A program made the translations under genes and the position numbers. From a virus (lineage: Duplodnaviria > Caudoviricetes), in the IMG/VR virus record IMGVR_UViG_3300032212_000698, positions 1-39,620 of that record: a stretch of 39,620 nt of DNA, one strand, 5' to 3'. Shown one piece after another: positions 16,348-25,164 of this stretch (its first letter is position 1; the number at the start of each line of letters is the position of its first letter). A model generated the notes under the pieces. That model was not told the origin of the DNA, did not search any database, and was given only the letters and a program-made list of their open reading frames with translations.

Positions 16348-16860
16348 ATGATCACAGAATTTACAGTTAACAAACAGCAAGCCACATACATGCTAGATGT
16401 GACAGAAAGGAGCATGACAAATTGGCAGAACCGAAAAGAAGACCCGCTACCGATTAAAGATAAAGGAAAACGCGGCCAGTCAAATTCATACGATCCCCAG
16501 GAGCTGGTTAGGTGGAAAGTTCGCCAAGCAGTAGGAAAGCTCACAGTTAATGAAAACGGCGATTTAGTCGATTACGAAGCAGAACGCGCAAGGCTCACAA
16601 AAGAACAAGCAGACGGACAGTCATTAAAAAATGCGGTAACCCGTCGAGAGCTAGCACCGGTTGATATGCTCGAATATGCATTATCAAATATTTCAGAGCA
16701 AGTGAATTCAATCCTTGAATCAATACCATTAAAAGTAAAAAACAGATTACCCACCTTGACAGCCGCAGAGGTTGAAATAATTGGACGGGAAATAATTAAG
16801 GCACAGAATGCAGCTAGCAAAGTACAGCTTGACTTCGATAGACTTGAGGACTTCGATTGA
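16348..16860 (+). CDS. Terminase small subunit (Nu1-like)
   Basis: VNKQQ..LDVTERS.TNWQ wHTH; ERARLTKEQAD...LKN. Confidence 0.92.
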   Translation: MITEFTVNKQQATYMLDVTERSMTNWQNRKEDPLPIKDKGKRGQSNSYDPQELVRWKVRQAVGKLTVNENGDLVDYEAERARLTKEQADGQSLKNAVTRRELAPVDMLEYALSNISEQVNSILESIPLKVKNRLPTLTAAEVEIIGREIIKAQNAASKVQLDFDRLEDFD

Positions 16861-18700
16861 GTCAGCGATACAAAAAGGCATATCAGGGCTACATAAACCT
16901 GAGCCGCTAAAGCTATCAGAATGGGCTGACGAAAACTTTTATTTATCTGCTGAGTCAAGTTCCGTGCAGGGAGCCTGGGAAACACTTCCATATCAAAAAG
17001 CAATTATGAATTGCATTAGCAATGATGATATTGGGATAGTCACATGGATGAAGTCAGCGCGAGTAGGCTACACAAAAATAATCTGTTCGGCTATTGGATA
17101 TTTTGCAGAGCATAAAAAACGTAATCAGGTTATCTGGCAACCAACAGACTCAGACGCTGAGGAATTTGTAAAGGATGAGATTGACCCGTTAATTAGAGAT
17201 GTACCCGTCGTTAAGGGTGCATTGAAGTGTGACCCAGAAAAAAAGAGCAAAGATAATACATTATCTAAGAAAGTATTTAAGGGCTCAACACTGGATATAA
17301 AAGGCGGTAAGGCGGCTAGAAATTACAGAAGAATGACAAAGGACGTTGCTTATTATGACGAGTTAGACGGCTTTGATCCTGATGTTGAAAAAGAAGGCGC
17401 ACCGCCAGTATTGGGTGACAAACGACTTGAAACGTCAAGTTTCCCTAAGTCCATACGAGGCAGCACACCAAAGACCAAAGGCGAATCATTAACAGAACAA
17501 AGTCTTTCTGAATCAGATTTGGTCTTTGAACGCTATTTACCTTGTCCACATTGCAATGAGCTTTCACCTCTGCGGTGGGAGCATATGAAGTTTGTAGATA
17601 AAGACCCGAATCAAGCAGGCCATGCCTGTATTCATTGTGGTGGACTCGCTGAGTATTCTGATTATGCAGAAATGGACGCAAAGGGACAATGGCAAACTGA
17701 GTGTGGAAAATGGATTGATGATGATGACATGCTAAGGAATGAAAACAATTTAGTGATAGAGTTTCCATTTCATGTTGGGTTTAAAATCTGGTCAGCTTAT
17801 AGCTACTTTAAAAGCTGGGCCAAAATAGGTCGAGACTTCTTTGATGCAAACGCCGCCAAAAAAATAGGCAACTTAACTAAGTTAAAAACCTTCATCAATA
17901 CAACATTAGGCGAAACCTGGGAAGAAGAAGGCGAGAAAGCAGATGATAATCTGCTATTTAAACGTCGTGAGCATTATGAAGGCGAAGTACCAAACGAAGT
18001 AAAAGTATTAACCGCATTTATAGACGTTCAGGATGACCGTGTTGAGTGCGAGGTAGAGGGCTGGGCCGCTGGAGAGGAAAACTGGGCCATAGATTATTAC
18101 CGGTTATATGGAAATCTATCACAAAAAACAATCTGGAATAATTTAGAAAAGCGATTAAGAAAGCAATACCGCTATGCAGATGGCCGATTGATAGATATTA
18201 AGCTTGTAGGAATTGATTCAGGTGGTCACTACACAGATGAAGCATACGAGTTTAGCAAATCAGCCGGTATTACCTGGGTGATACCAACAAAGGGAGCATC
18301 TATTGCTGGTAAACCTATTGCAGTATTCCCAAAAACAAAAAATAAAAAAGGTATCTATCTCACAATGCTGGGAACGGATACCGCGAAAGAATTAATTTAT
18401 AACCGATATTTAGTTGATGACCCAGGGCCTGGGTATATTCATCATCCAGTAGCTGAATGGTGTGATGAAGATTACTTCAAACAAGCCACAGCAGAAGAGA
18501 AGATTAAAAAATATAAACTTGGAAAACCCTACTATGAGTGGGACGCAAAAAAACGAAGAAACGAAGTATTAGATTGTAAGGTTGGTAACTTGGCAATGAT
18601 CAGATTATTACAAGAACACTTCGGACAAACATTATTAAATAAAGATTCAACGCCAGCACCTAAAAAGCGTCGAGTCATAAGCAAAGGGGTTAAGCTGTAA
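16808..18700 (+). CDS. Terminase large subunit (gpA family)
   Basis: KSARVGYTK, YDELD, GSTP, CPHC, IDSGG, RNEVLDC. Confidence 0.96.
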   Translation: MQLAKYSLTSIDLRTSIESAIQKGISGLHKPEPLKLSEWADENFYLSAESSSVQGAWETLPYQKAIMNCISNDDIGIVTWMKSARVGYTKIICSAIGYFAEHKKRNQVIWQPTDSDAEEFVKDEIDPLIRDVPVVKGALKCDPEKKSKDNTLSKKVFKGSTLDIKGGKAARNYRRMTKDVAYYDELDGFDPDVEKEGAPPVLGDKRLETSSFPKSIRGSTPKTKGESLTEQSLSESDLVFERYLPCPHCNELSPLRWEHMKFVDKDPNQAGHACIHCGGLAEYSDYAEMDAKGQWQTECGKWIDDDDMLRNENNLVIEFPFHVGFKIWSAYSYFKSWAKIGRDFFDANAAKKIGNLTKLKTFINTTLGETWEEEGEKADDNLLFKRREHYEGEVPNEVKVLTAFIDVQDDRVECEVEGWAAGEENWAIDYYRLYGNLSQKTIWNNLEKRLRKQYRYADGRLIDIKLVGIDSGGHYTDEAYEFSKSAGITWVIPTKGASIAGKPIAVFPKTKNKKGIYLTMLGTDTAKELIYNRYLVDDPGPGYIHHPVAEWCDEDYFKQATAEEKIKKYKLGKPYYEWDAKKRRNEVLDCKVGNLAMIRLLQEHFGQTLLNKDSTPAPKKRRVISKGVKL

Positions 18701-18915
18701 TGGCCGGTATTACATTAACGCAAGCAGAACAAAAGCTACAACTGTGGTTAGATGCGGAAGATGCTGTCGCAAGTGGTCAATCTTACTCGATTAATGGGCG
18801 TTCATTATCTAGAGCAAATTTAAAAGAGATTGAGGAAACGATTGACCGTTGGGATAAACGCGTTAAACGTCTGGCGCGTGGTGGTATCAGTGTTGTTAAT
18901 GCGGTGCCTAACTAA
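18700..18915 (+). CDS. Head-tail joining protein (gpW-like)
   Basis: GQSYSINGRSLSRANL; between terL and portal. Confidence 0.85.
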   Translation: MAGITLTQAEQKLQLWLDAEDAVASGQSYSINGRSLSRANLKEIEETIDRWDKRVKRLARGGISVVNAVPN

Positions 18916-20492
18916 TGCAAACAACTGTAAAAATCGGTAACGATCAAATCACGGTTAAAGAAAACCTGTTAGATAAAATTATATCTACTTTTGACCCAGT
19001 ACGCGCACAAAACAGATTTAGGGCGCGTGTATCCATGGCGTTAGCAGGTGGGTACAATGGTGCATCTAAAAGTAATCGCGCATTTAAAAGCTGGAAAGTA
19101 TCAGGGGGTGACGCTGATTCTGATTTATTACCTGATCTCCCAACACTACGTGAACGCTCACGAGACCTAGTAAGAAACAACCCATTAGCTACAGGTGCGA
19201 TTAATACAGCGGTAACTAATGTTGTCGGCACAGGGTTAGTGTTACATTCACGAATTGACCGAGAATATTTAAATTTGTCCGATGAAGATGCAGACGCATG
19301 GGAGCGAAACGCAGAGCGTGAATTTAAACTGTGGGCTGAAAGTGTTGAATGTGATGCCGCAAGAACGTTAAATTTTTATAGTCATCAAGATTTATGTTTT
19401 CGATCTGCTTTAGAAAATGGCGATATTTTTTATTTACTTCCATTTATAAAGCGTAAAGGCTCAAGCTATGGATTAAAGCTAAAAGCAATCGAAGCGGATA
19501 GGGTTACTAATAAAGACTGTGCGCGTGACAGTGCAACACTTGCCGGAGGAATTGAAACAGATTCTAATGGTGCCCCTGTAAAGGTTCACATTTTAGAAAA
19601 TCACCCAGGCGAAAAAGGCAAGACTACGACCAGTTGGAATGTCGTCCCGATGTTTGGAAGAAAAAGCGGACGCAGAAATATACTGCATCTATTTGAACAG
19701 CGTCGAGTCGGTCAACGTCGAGGTGCGCCGTATTTATCACCAGTCATCGAATCACTAAAACAGTTGGGCCGTTTTACAGATGCGGAATTAATGGCGGCGG
19801 TGGTATCTGGTATGTTCACGGTGTTTGTAAAGTCCGAAACAGGTAGTGGGTTAGGGAATGCAGACGAAGCACAAACAACGAATGATACTGATTATGAATT
19901 AGGTAACGGGGCCATTGTTGGTTTAGGGAATAACGAGAGCATAGAAACCGCTAACCCTGGACGACCTAACGCCGCATTCGACCCCTTTGTTATGGCGATA
20001 CTGAGACAAATCGGTTCAGCTTTGGAAATTCCATTTGAATTATTAGTTAAACATTTTACCGCGTCATACAGTGCGAGTCGTGCCGCATTCGTTGAGGCGT
20101 GGAAGTTTTTCAAAAAGCGCCGCAAATGGTTAGCTGATTATTTTTGTCAGCCAGTTTACGAATCCTTTTTATATGAAGCGGTTGCAAGTGGACGAATAGT
20201 CGCCCCTGGATTTATGGAAGATGAGCGCGTAAGAAAAGCGTATTTAGGTTCAATGTGGATTGGCCCAGGTAAAGGACAAATACAAGAGCTTCAGGAAGTT
20301 AAAGCGGCAAGGGAAAGAATAGATTCTGGTTTATCTACGCTCGCTCAAGAAACCGCAGAAATAAACGGCGGTGACTGGGATCAGAATCACCGGCAATCAG
20401 TAAAAGAACACAAAGCAAGACAAGATGACGGATTAATCGAACAGGATAGCCCGCCACCCATTGAACAGAGCAACGATGAAGAAGCCGCTTAA
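18915..20492 (+). CDS. Portal protein, lambda family
   Basis: LRERSRDLVRNN, GQRRGAP, SYSASRAA motifs. Confidence 0.96.
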   Translation: MQTTVKIGNDQITVKENLLDKIISTFDPVRAQNRFRARVSMALAGGYNGASKSNRAFKSWKVSGGDADSDLLPDLPTLRERSRDLVRNNPLATGAINTAVTNVVGTGLVLHSRIDREYLNLSDEDADAWERNAEREFKLWAESVECDAARTLNFYSHQDLCFRSALENGDIFYLLPFIKRKGSSYGLKLKAIEADRVTNKDCARDSATLAGGIETDSNGAPVKVHILENHPGEKGKTTTSWNVVPMFGRKSGRRNILHLFEQRRVGQRRGAPYLSPVIESLKQLGRFTDAELMAAVVSGMFTVFVKSETGSGLGNADEAQTTNDTDYELGNGAIVGLGNNESIETANPGRPNAAFDPFVMAILRQIGSALEIPFELLVKHFTASYSASRAAFVEAWKFFKKRRKWLADYFCQPVYESFLYEAVASGRIVAPGFMEDERVRKAYLGSMWIGPGKGQIQELQEVKAARERIDSGLSTLAQETAEINGGDWDQNHRQSVKEHKARQDDGLIEQDSPPPIEQSNDEEAA

Positions 20493-20506
20493 ACGCGGCT
20501 TTTTTT
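20482..20506 (+). terminator. Intrinsic terminator after portal
   Basis: AAGCCGC-N6-GCGGCTT plus a T-tract. Confidence 0.75.
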
Positions 20507-20519
20507 ATGAGGAAAATAA

Positions 20520-21749
20520 ATGAATTGGCTAACAGTAAAAAATATTCATGAAGATGGTAAGCAAAGAAAAGCTGAATTATGGGTTGATGGTGTCGTCGGT
20601 TTTAAAGACTGGTTAGATGACTCTGGCGTGACCGCTACAGAGTTTATAAAAACAACCAATGCATTAGGGGACTTAACGGATATTGATTTGTTTATTAACT
20701 CCCCTGGTGGTGTGGTTTCTGACGGTGTGTCAATCACGAATTATTTAATCAATCACAGTGCAAGCGTGAGTGTAACCGTCATGGGGCAGGCTGCCTCTAT
20801 TGCTTCAGTCATCGCTCAAGCTGCCGACCCTGGGAAATTACACATGGCGCTAGGCTCGACCATGTTTGTACATGACCCCTTAACCGTTATCGGTGGGGAT
20901 GCGGATGATCTGCGGGAAGCTGCCAACACATTAGATAAAATTCGAGATTCAATTATTCCAATTTATCAACGACGTTCAATTTTATCAACAGATGAAATCG
21001 TACAGCTACTAAAAAACGATACAACCATGACCGCAGAAGATGCCGTAAAAAATGGTTTTGCTGACTCAATGGATGAAACACTAGAAGCTGTTGCAATACA
21101 AGACCTAGAGCCCGTGTTCGAGGCTGCAAAACAAGCATATAAAAACAATCAGAGCACAGAAAACAGGCTGAACTTAGCCGAAGAAATTAAAAAAATACTT
21201 AATCAATCAGATAAAAACGATTTACAAAACCCGCACGGTGCAGCCGCGCATAACAAAGGAGGGCTTAACATGCCTGAAGAAAAAACACCGGCTGCAAGTA
21301 TGCCGGATATTACCGTTGAGTATTTGAATACAAATCATACTCAGATTACTAACACGCTAAAAGCAGAGGGCGTAGTTCAAGAGCGTGAACGCATACAAGC
21401 GGTCTTAGCTCAAACCTTACCAGGACACGAAGAGCTAATTAACAATTTAGCCTTTGACGGTAAAACAACGGGCGAGCAAGCCGCTGTTGCTGTTCTGCAA
21501 GCTGAAAAAACAAACCGCTCAAATTACATGCAAAACATTAAAGACGATGCGACAGATTTAGACGATGTGTCCTCATCAATTGATGATTTTGATGTAATTG
21601 ACAGCAATCTACCCATTGAAACACGTTGTGAAAATGCCTGGAACAAATCAGCTACATTGCGCGAAGAGTTTACAAGTTTTGAATCATATCTGGCTTACGA
21701 AAAGAATTTTGAAGCCGGTAATGCACGTATTTTAGGAGGTAAAAAATAA
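20520..21749 (+). CDS. ClpP-type prohead protease fused to a scaffold domain
   Basis: INSPGG, AASIASVI, MFVHDP, AVKNGFAD. Confidence 0.93.
   Translation: MNWLTVKNIHEDGKQRKAELWVDGVVGFKDWLDDSGVTATEFIKTTNALGDLTDIDLFINSPGGVVSDGVSITNYLINHSASVSVTVMGQAASIASVIAQAADPGKLHMALGSTMFVHDPLTVIGGDADDLREAANTLDKIRDSIIPIYQRRSILSTDEIVQLLKNDTTMTAEDAVKNGFADSMDETLEAVAIQDLEPVFEAAKQAYKNNQSTENRLNLAEEIKKILNQSDKNDLQNPHGAAAHNKGGLNMPEEKTPAASMPDITVEYLNTNHTQITNTLKAEGVVQERERIQAVLAQTLPGHEELINNLAFDGKTTGEQAAVAVLQAEKTNRSNYMQNIKDDATDLDDVSSSIDDFDVIDSNLPIETRCENAWNKSATLREEFTSFESYLAYEKNFEAGNARILGGKK
21270..21749 (+). CDS. Nested in-frame scaffolding protein (Nu3-like)
   Basis: Strong internal RBS AAGGAGGG before in-frame ATG 21270; ERERIQAV motif. 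Confidence 0.7.
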   Translation: MPEEKTPAASMPDITVEYLNTNHTQITNTLKAEGVVQERERIQAVLAQTLPGHEELINNLAFDGKTTGEQAAVAVLQAEKTNRSNYMQNIKDDATDLDDVSSSIDDFDVIDSNLPIETRCENAWNKSATLREEFTSFESYLAYEKNFEAGNARILGGKK

Positions 21750-22156
21750 TGGCTACTTTAGTTATTGATAAAGCACGTTCGTTTGAGTTAGGTGATATTG
21801 GTGCGGTTCCAGTTATTTCTGGTGATGTTATTTATGAAGGCGCTGCGGTTGGGCATGCAGCAGGTTTTGCGCGTCCTTTGGTCGCAGCCGACTCCTTCTT
21901 AGGCTTTGCTGAAACTCAAGCAGACAACACAGACGGTGCCGCTGGTGCAGTTAATGTAAGAGTGCGTGAAGTAGGCAAAGTTCAAATGCCAGTAGTGGGC
22001 GTTACCGGTGTTGCTAATGTTGGGGCCTCTGTGTATGCATCAGATGATGACACTTTCACGCTTACCGCAACCGGTAATTCCTTAATTGGAAAAATTACAC
22101 AATATGTCAGTGGCACGACTGTCATTGTTTCTTACAAATCAAGCTCATTAAGCTAA
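21749..22156 (+). CDS. Capsid decoration/cement protein (DUF2190-like)
   Basis: Gly/Ala/Val-rich; VYASDDDTFTLTA..N..IG; precedes the capsid gene. Confidence 0.8.
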   Translation: MATLVIDKARSFELGDIGAVPVISGDVIYEGAAVGHAAGFARPLVAADSFLGFAETQADNTDGAAGAVNVRVREVGKVQMPVVGVTGVANVGASVYASDDDTFTLTATGNSLIGKITQYVSGTTVIVSYKSSSLS

Positions 22157-22168
22157 AGGGGTAATATC

Positions 22169-23113
22169 ATGGGTGCAAAAAGTTTAGGCAGTCGCGCAAT
22201 TATTGGCGAATTCTACGCCGCATTAGAACAAAACATCGGTTCGAGTTGGATACCAGGCATTTCAAATTATTTTGATAGTGACCAGGAATCCGAAACCTAC
22301 AAATGGTTAGGTCAAGCACCACAAATGCAAGAATGGATAGGTGGTCGTAAGGCAAAAGGATTTACTGATAATGGCTTAACAATCGTCAATAAAACATTCG
22401 AGGCAACACTTGAGGTATTAATGGACGAAATACGACGAGATAAAACAGGCCAGGTAATGGCGCGTGTTCGTGAGCTTGCACAACGTACAAACTCACACTG
22501 GGCTAAGTTGCTATCTACGTTAATAATTAATGGTGCATCTTCTGTTTGTTATGACGGTCAATTTTTCTTTGATACTGATCACCAGGAAGGCGATAGCGGC
22601 GTACAGTCGAACATGGTTAATGCGAGTGCAGGCGCACCAACGAAACCAACCGCTGGACAAATGGAAGACGCAATACTTTCAACTATCGAGCAAATCTTAA
22701 GCCTTAAGGATGACCAGGGTGAACCCATTAACGAAGACGCTAAAAACTTCCTCGTTATGGTGCCGGTTTCATTCATGAAGTCGGCAGCAGGCGCAATTGG
22801 TAGTGAAATCATTATTGATTCATCTACAAGCCGATCAAACAACATTAAAACACTCGGCTCTATGGGTGGTTTTAATATTGAGCTTGCAGTGAATGCACGT
22901 CTGAATAGTTTTACAGATAAGTTTGCAACCTTCCGCACAGATGCCGATACACACGCTCTAATTCGTCAGGAAGAAGAGGGGGTAATGGTTGATGCAATTG
23001 CAGAAGGTTCAGAGCTTGAGTTCAACGAACGAAAACATCATTACGGCGTAAGTGCGATTCGTAATGTCGGTTATGGATACTGGCAGCGTGCAGCATTAAC
23101 AACCTTTGCTTAA
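22169..23113 (+). CDS. Major capsid protein, Mu gpT-like
   Basis: YKWLGQ.P.M.EW.G, CYDGQFFFDTDH, GYGYWQ.A. Confidence 0.93.
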   Translation: MGAKSLGSRAIIGEFYAALEQNIGSSWIPGISNYFDSDQESETYKWLGQAPQMQEWIGGRKAKGFTDNGLTIVNKTFEATLEVLMDEIRRDKTGQVMARVRELAQRTNSHWAKLLSTLIINGASSVCYDGQFFFDTDHQEGDSGVQSNMVNASAGAPTKPTAGQMEDAILSTIEQILSLKDDQGEPINEDAKNFLVMVPVSFMKSAAGAIGSEIIIDSSTSRSNNIKTLGSMGGFNIELAVNARLNSFTDKFATFRTDADTHALIRQEEEGVMVDAIAEGSELEFNERKHHYGVSAIRNVGYGYWQRAALTTFA

Positions 23114-23118
23114 TCAAT

Positions 23119-23145
23119 AAGGCCGGATTATTCCGGCCTTTCTAT
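23119..23145 (+). terminator. Terminator after capsid gene
   Basis: AAGGCCGGA-N4-TCCGGCCTT. Confidence 0.75.
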
Positions 23146-23156
23146 TGGGGTAACTT

Positions 23157-23384
23157 ATGAAATTATATAAAGCTACAAAAGTAGTCAAATTGATCAGTGG
23201 AAAAGTAAAACTAAGCAAAGACCAAATTGCTAGACGTTCACATCTTATTGAAGACTTAAATAATGGTGATTACAAAATCATCGAACCCATTTATTTTAAA
23301 TACGGTGAAGAGTTTAGATATGACGGTGATATACCTAAATCGATGGCCTCTAGTGTAGAGAAAAAAGAGAAGGCCAATAAATAG
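23157..23384 (+). CDS. Hypothetical head-associated protein
   Basis: 75 aa, basic; follows the capsid gene. Confidence 0.75.
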   Translation: MKLYKATKVVKLISGKVKLSKDQIARRSHLIEDLNNGDYKIIEPIYFKYGEEFRYDGDIPKSMASSVEKKEKANK

Positions 23385-23656
23385 TGGTTGAATCTCTTGA
23401 GGATTTACAAACTTACTTTACTGACTTTGGAGTGGCCGCTGATTTTGGCGGTTTTTCTGTTACTGGGATTTATGAACATGGTTATATAGAAGTTTTAGGC
23501 GTAGCCAGTTTTTCTCCAACATTTACAGCACCTTCACAAAGCCTATCCACAGTTACAGTTAATCAAACAGTAACTATAGAAGCACAACTTCACACGGTTG
23601 TAGACATTCAACCTGACGGTACAGGCGTAACCCTTTTAATTTTGAGTACAAACTAA
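23384..23656 (+). CDS. Head-tail joining protein (gpFII-like)
   Basis: FTDFG..; QPDGTGVT.L.L. Confidence 0.8.
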   Translation: MVESLEDLQTYFTDFGVAADFGGFSVTGIYEHGYIEVLGVASFSPTFTAPSQSLSTVTVNQTVTIEAQLHTVVDIQPDGTGVTLLILSTN

Positions 23657-24093
23657 TGGCACATGTAAGACAACAAATAAGAGAGGCTATAGCAAACGCT
23701 ATAACTGGCCTTTTAACAACAGGCGATAATGTTTATCAGTCTCGTGTTTATCCTCACACATCATTACCTTGCCTTTCCGTTTATACGAAAGAAGAAGAGG
23801 CAGAAATTGACAGCATTAATAGTCCGAGAAGTTCAAGGCGGGAACTATCTATTGCAATTGAAATAAGAGCACAGCAAACGAGTGATGTTGACGACAAAAT
23901 TGATGATATTAGCGCAGAAGTAGAGGAAGTGTTAGGCGCTGATTCTACAGTAAGCGGACTAGCGAAAGACATCAGATATGACGGGGTAATTATTGAGTTT
24001 GAAGACGGAGGCCAACAACCAACAGCACTCGCAACAATGAATTATACCGTGATTTATCGCGTACTTGAAAATAACGCACAACAACCAGAATGA
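23656..24093 (+). CDS. Tail terminator (gpU-like)
   Basis: HVRQQIR..VYQSRVYP..LP.L.VY; position. Confidence 0.8.
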   Translation: MAHVRQQIREAIANAITGLLTTGDNVYQSRVYPHTSLPCLSVYTKEEEAEIDSINSPRSSRRELSIAIEIRAQQTSDVDDKIDDISAEVEEVLGADSTVSGLAKDIRYDGVIIEFEDGGQQPTALATMNYTVIYRVLENNAQQPE

Positions 24094-24104
24094 GGAGCTA
24101 AAAA

Positions 24105-24518
24105 ATGGCTAGTATAGAAACACAAGGCACAATTATTTCGCGTGGCGATGGTGGAGGCCCTGAAGTATTTAATTCGATAGGTGAAATCATTAGCTTTCAA
24201 GGCCCAGGTGGTAGCGCGTCTGTGATAGATACTACGCACTTACTATCAGCAGCAAAAGAAAAACGCATGGGTTTAATGGATGAAGGACAGTTTACTTTTG
24301 AGGCTAATTTGGACACAGCTGATACAGAACAAACAGGTTTACGTGCTGACCGTGCTGCTCGTACGTTAAGAAACTTTCAAATTGCATTAAATGATGTTGC
24401 AAATACAGTTATTTCGTTTTCTGCATACGTATTGAGTTTTTCAGTCCAGGGCGGTGTAGATGACAAAGTAGGTGCAAGTGTAACGCTTGAAATATCTGGC
24501 CCAGTAACAGGATGGTAA
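24105..24518 (+). CDS. Tail tube protein
   Basis: IGEI..GPGGS..IDTTHL..GL.D.G..LEISG.V. Confidence 0.88.
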   Translation: MASIETQGTIISRGDGGGPEVFNSIGEIISFQGPGGSASVIDTTHLLSAAKEKRMGLMDEGQFTFEANLDTADTEQTGLRADRAARTLRNFQIALNDVANTVISFSAYVLSFSVQGGVDDKVGASVTLEISGPVTGW

Positions 24519-24520
24519 TT

Positions 24521-24847
24521 ATGTTAAGTAAAGATCAAATCTTAGAATCAGAAGACCTTGAAACAAAAGTTGTAAAAGTTCCAGAGTGGGGCGGTGATGT
24601 AAAAATTGCCTCAATGAATGGAGTTATTCGCGAGCAGTTTGAAGCTGTACTTACAAATAAGTCAAGTTCAAACATACGAGCAACTGCAGCAGCTTTATCA
24701 ATAGTCGATGACAAAGGCTCTCTTATGTTCAGTAAGGGCGAAATAGAGGTTTTAGGAAAGAAAAGTTGCAAGCCGCTAAATCGTATTTACACAGCAGTTA
24801 TGAAGTTGAACAGTCTTGAGAGTATCGAGAAAGAAGTAAAAAACTAA
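24521..24847 (+). CDS. Tail assembly chaperone (gpG-like)
   Basis: V.VPEWGG.V; ends at slippery A AAA AAC. Confidence 0.85.
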   Translation: MLSKDQILESEDLETKVVKVPEWGGDVKIASMNGVIREQFEAVLTNKSSSNIRATAAALSIVDDKGSLMFSKGEIEVLGKKSCKPLNRIYTAVMKLNSLESIEKEVKN

Positions 24848-25164
24848 AAGCCCGACCTGAACGTCTGTTTCTTTTTAAATTGGCGCTTAGGTTGGGTTGC
24901 ACAGTTAAACACCTACAAAAATCAATTTCAAGCAAAGAACTAACAGAATGGATGGCTTTTGATCGTATCTCCCCCATCGGTGATGAGCGACAAGACCAAC
25001 TAATCGCAATGTTAACAACACTTCTTTACAACATTAATCGCGGTAAATCCCCAGCAAAACAAATAATTGACTTCATGCCTTACGCAGATAAAAAACAAAA
25101 GGCTGATGATTTAAGCAATCGTCTATTAAACGCATTTAAGAGTAAATATGATGGCCAATCCTAA
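24838..25164 (+). CDS. gpGT-like extension via -1 frameshift
   Basis: AAAAAAC at 24838-24844; the -1 frame is open (KLKARPERLFLFKLALRLG..EW.AF..P.GDER). Confidence 0.8.
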   Translation, partial: KKLKARPERLFLFKLALRLGCTVKHLQKSISSKELTEWMAFDRISPIGDERQDQLIAMLTTLLYNINRGKSPAKQIIDFMPYADKKQKADDLSNRLLNAFKSKYDGQS

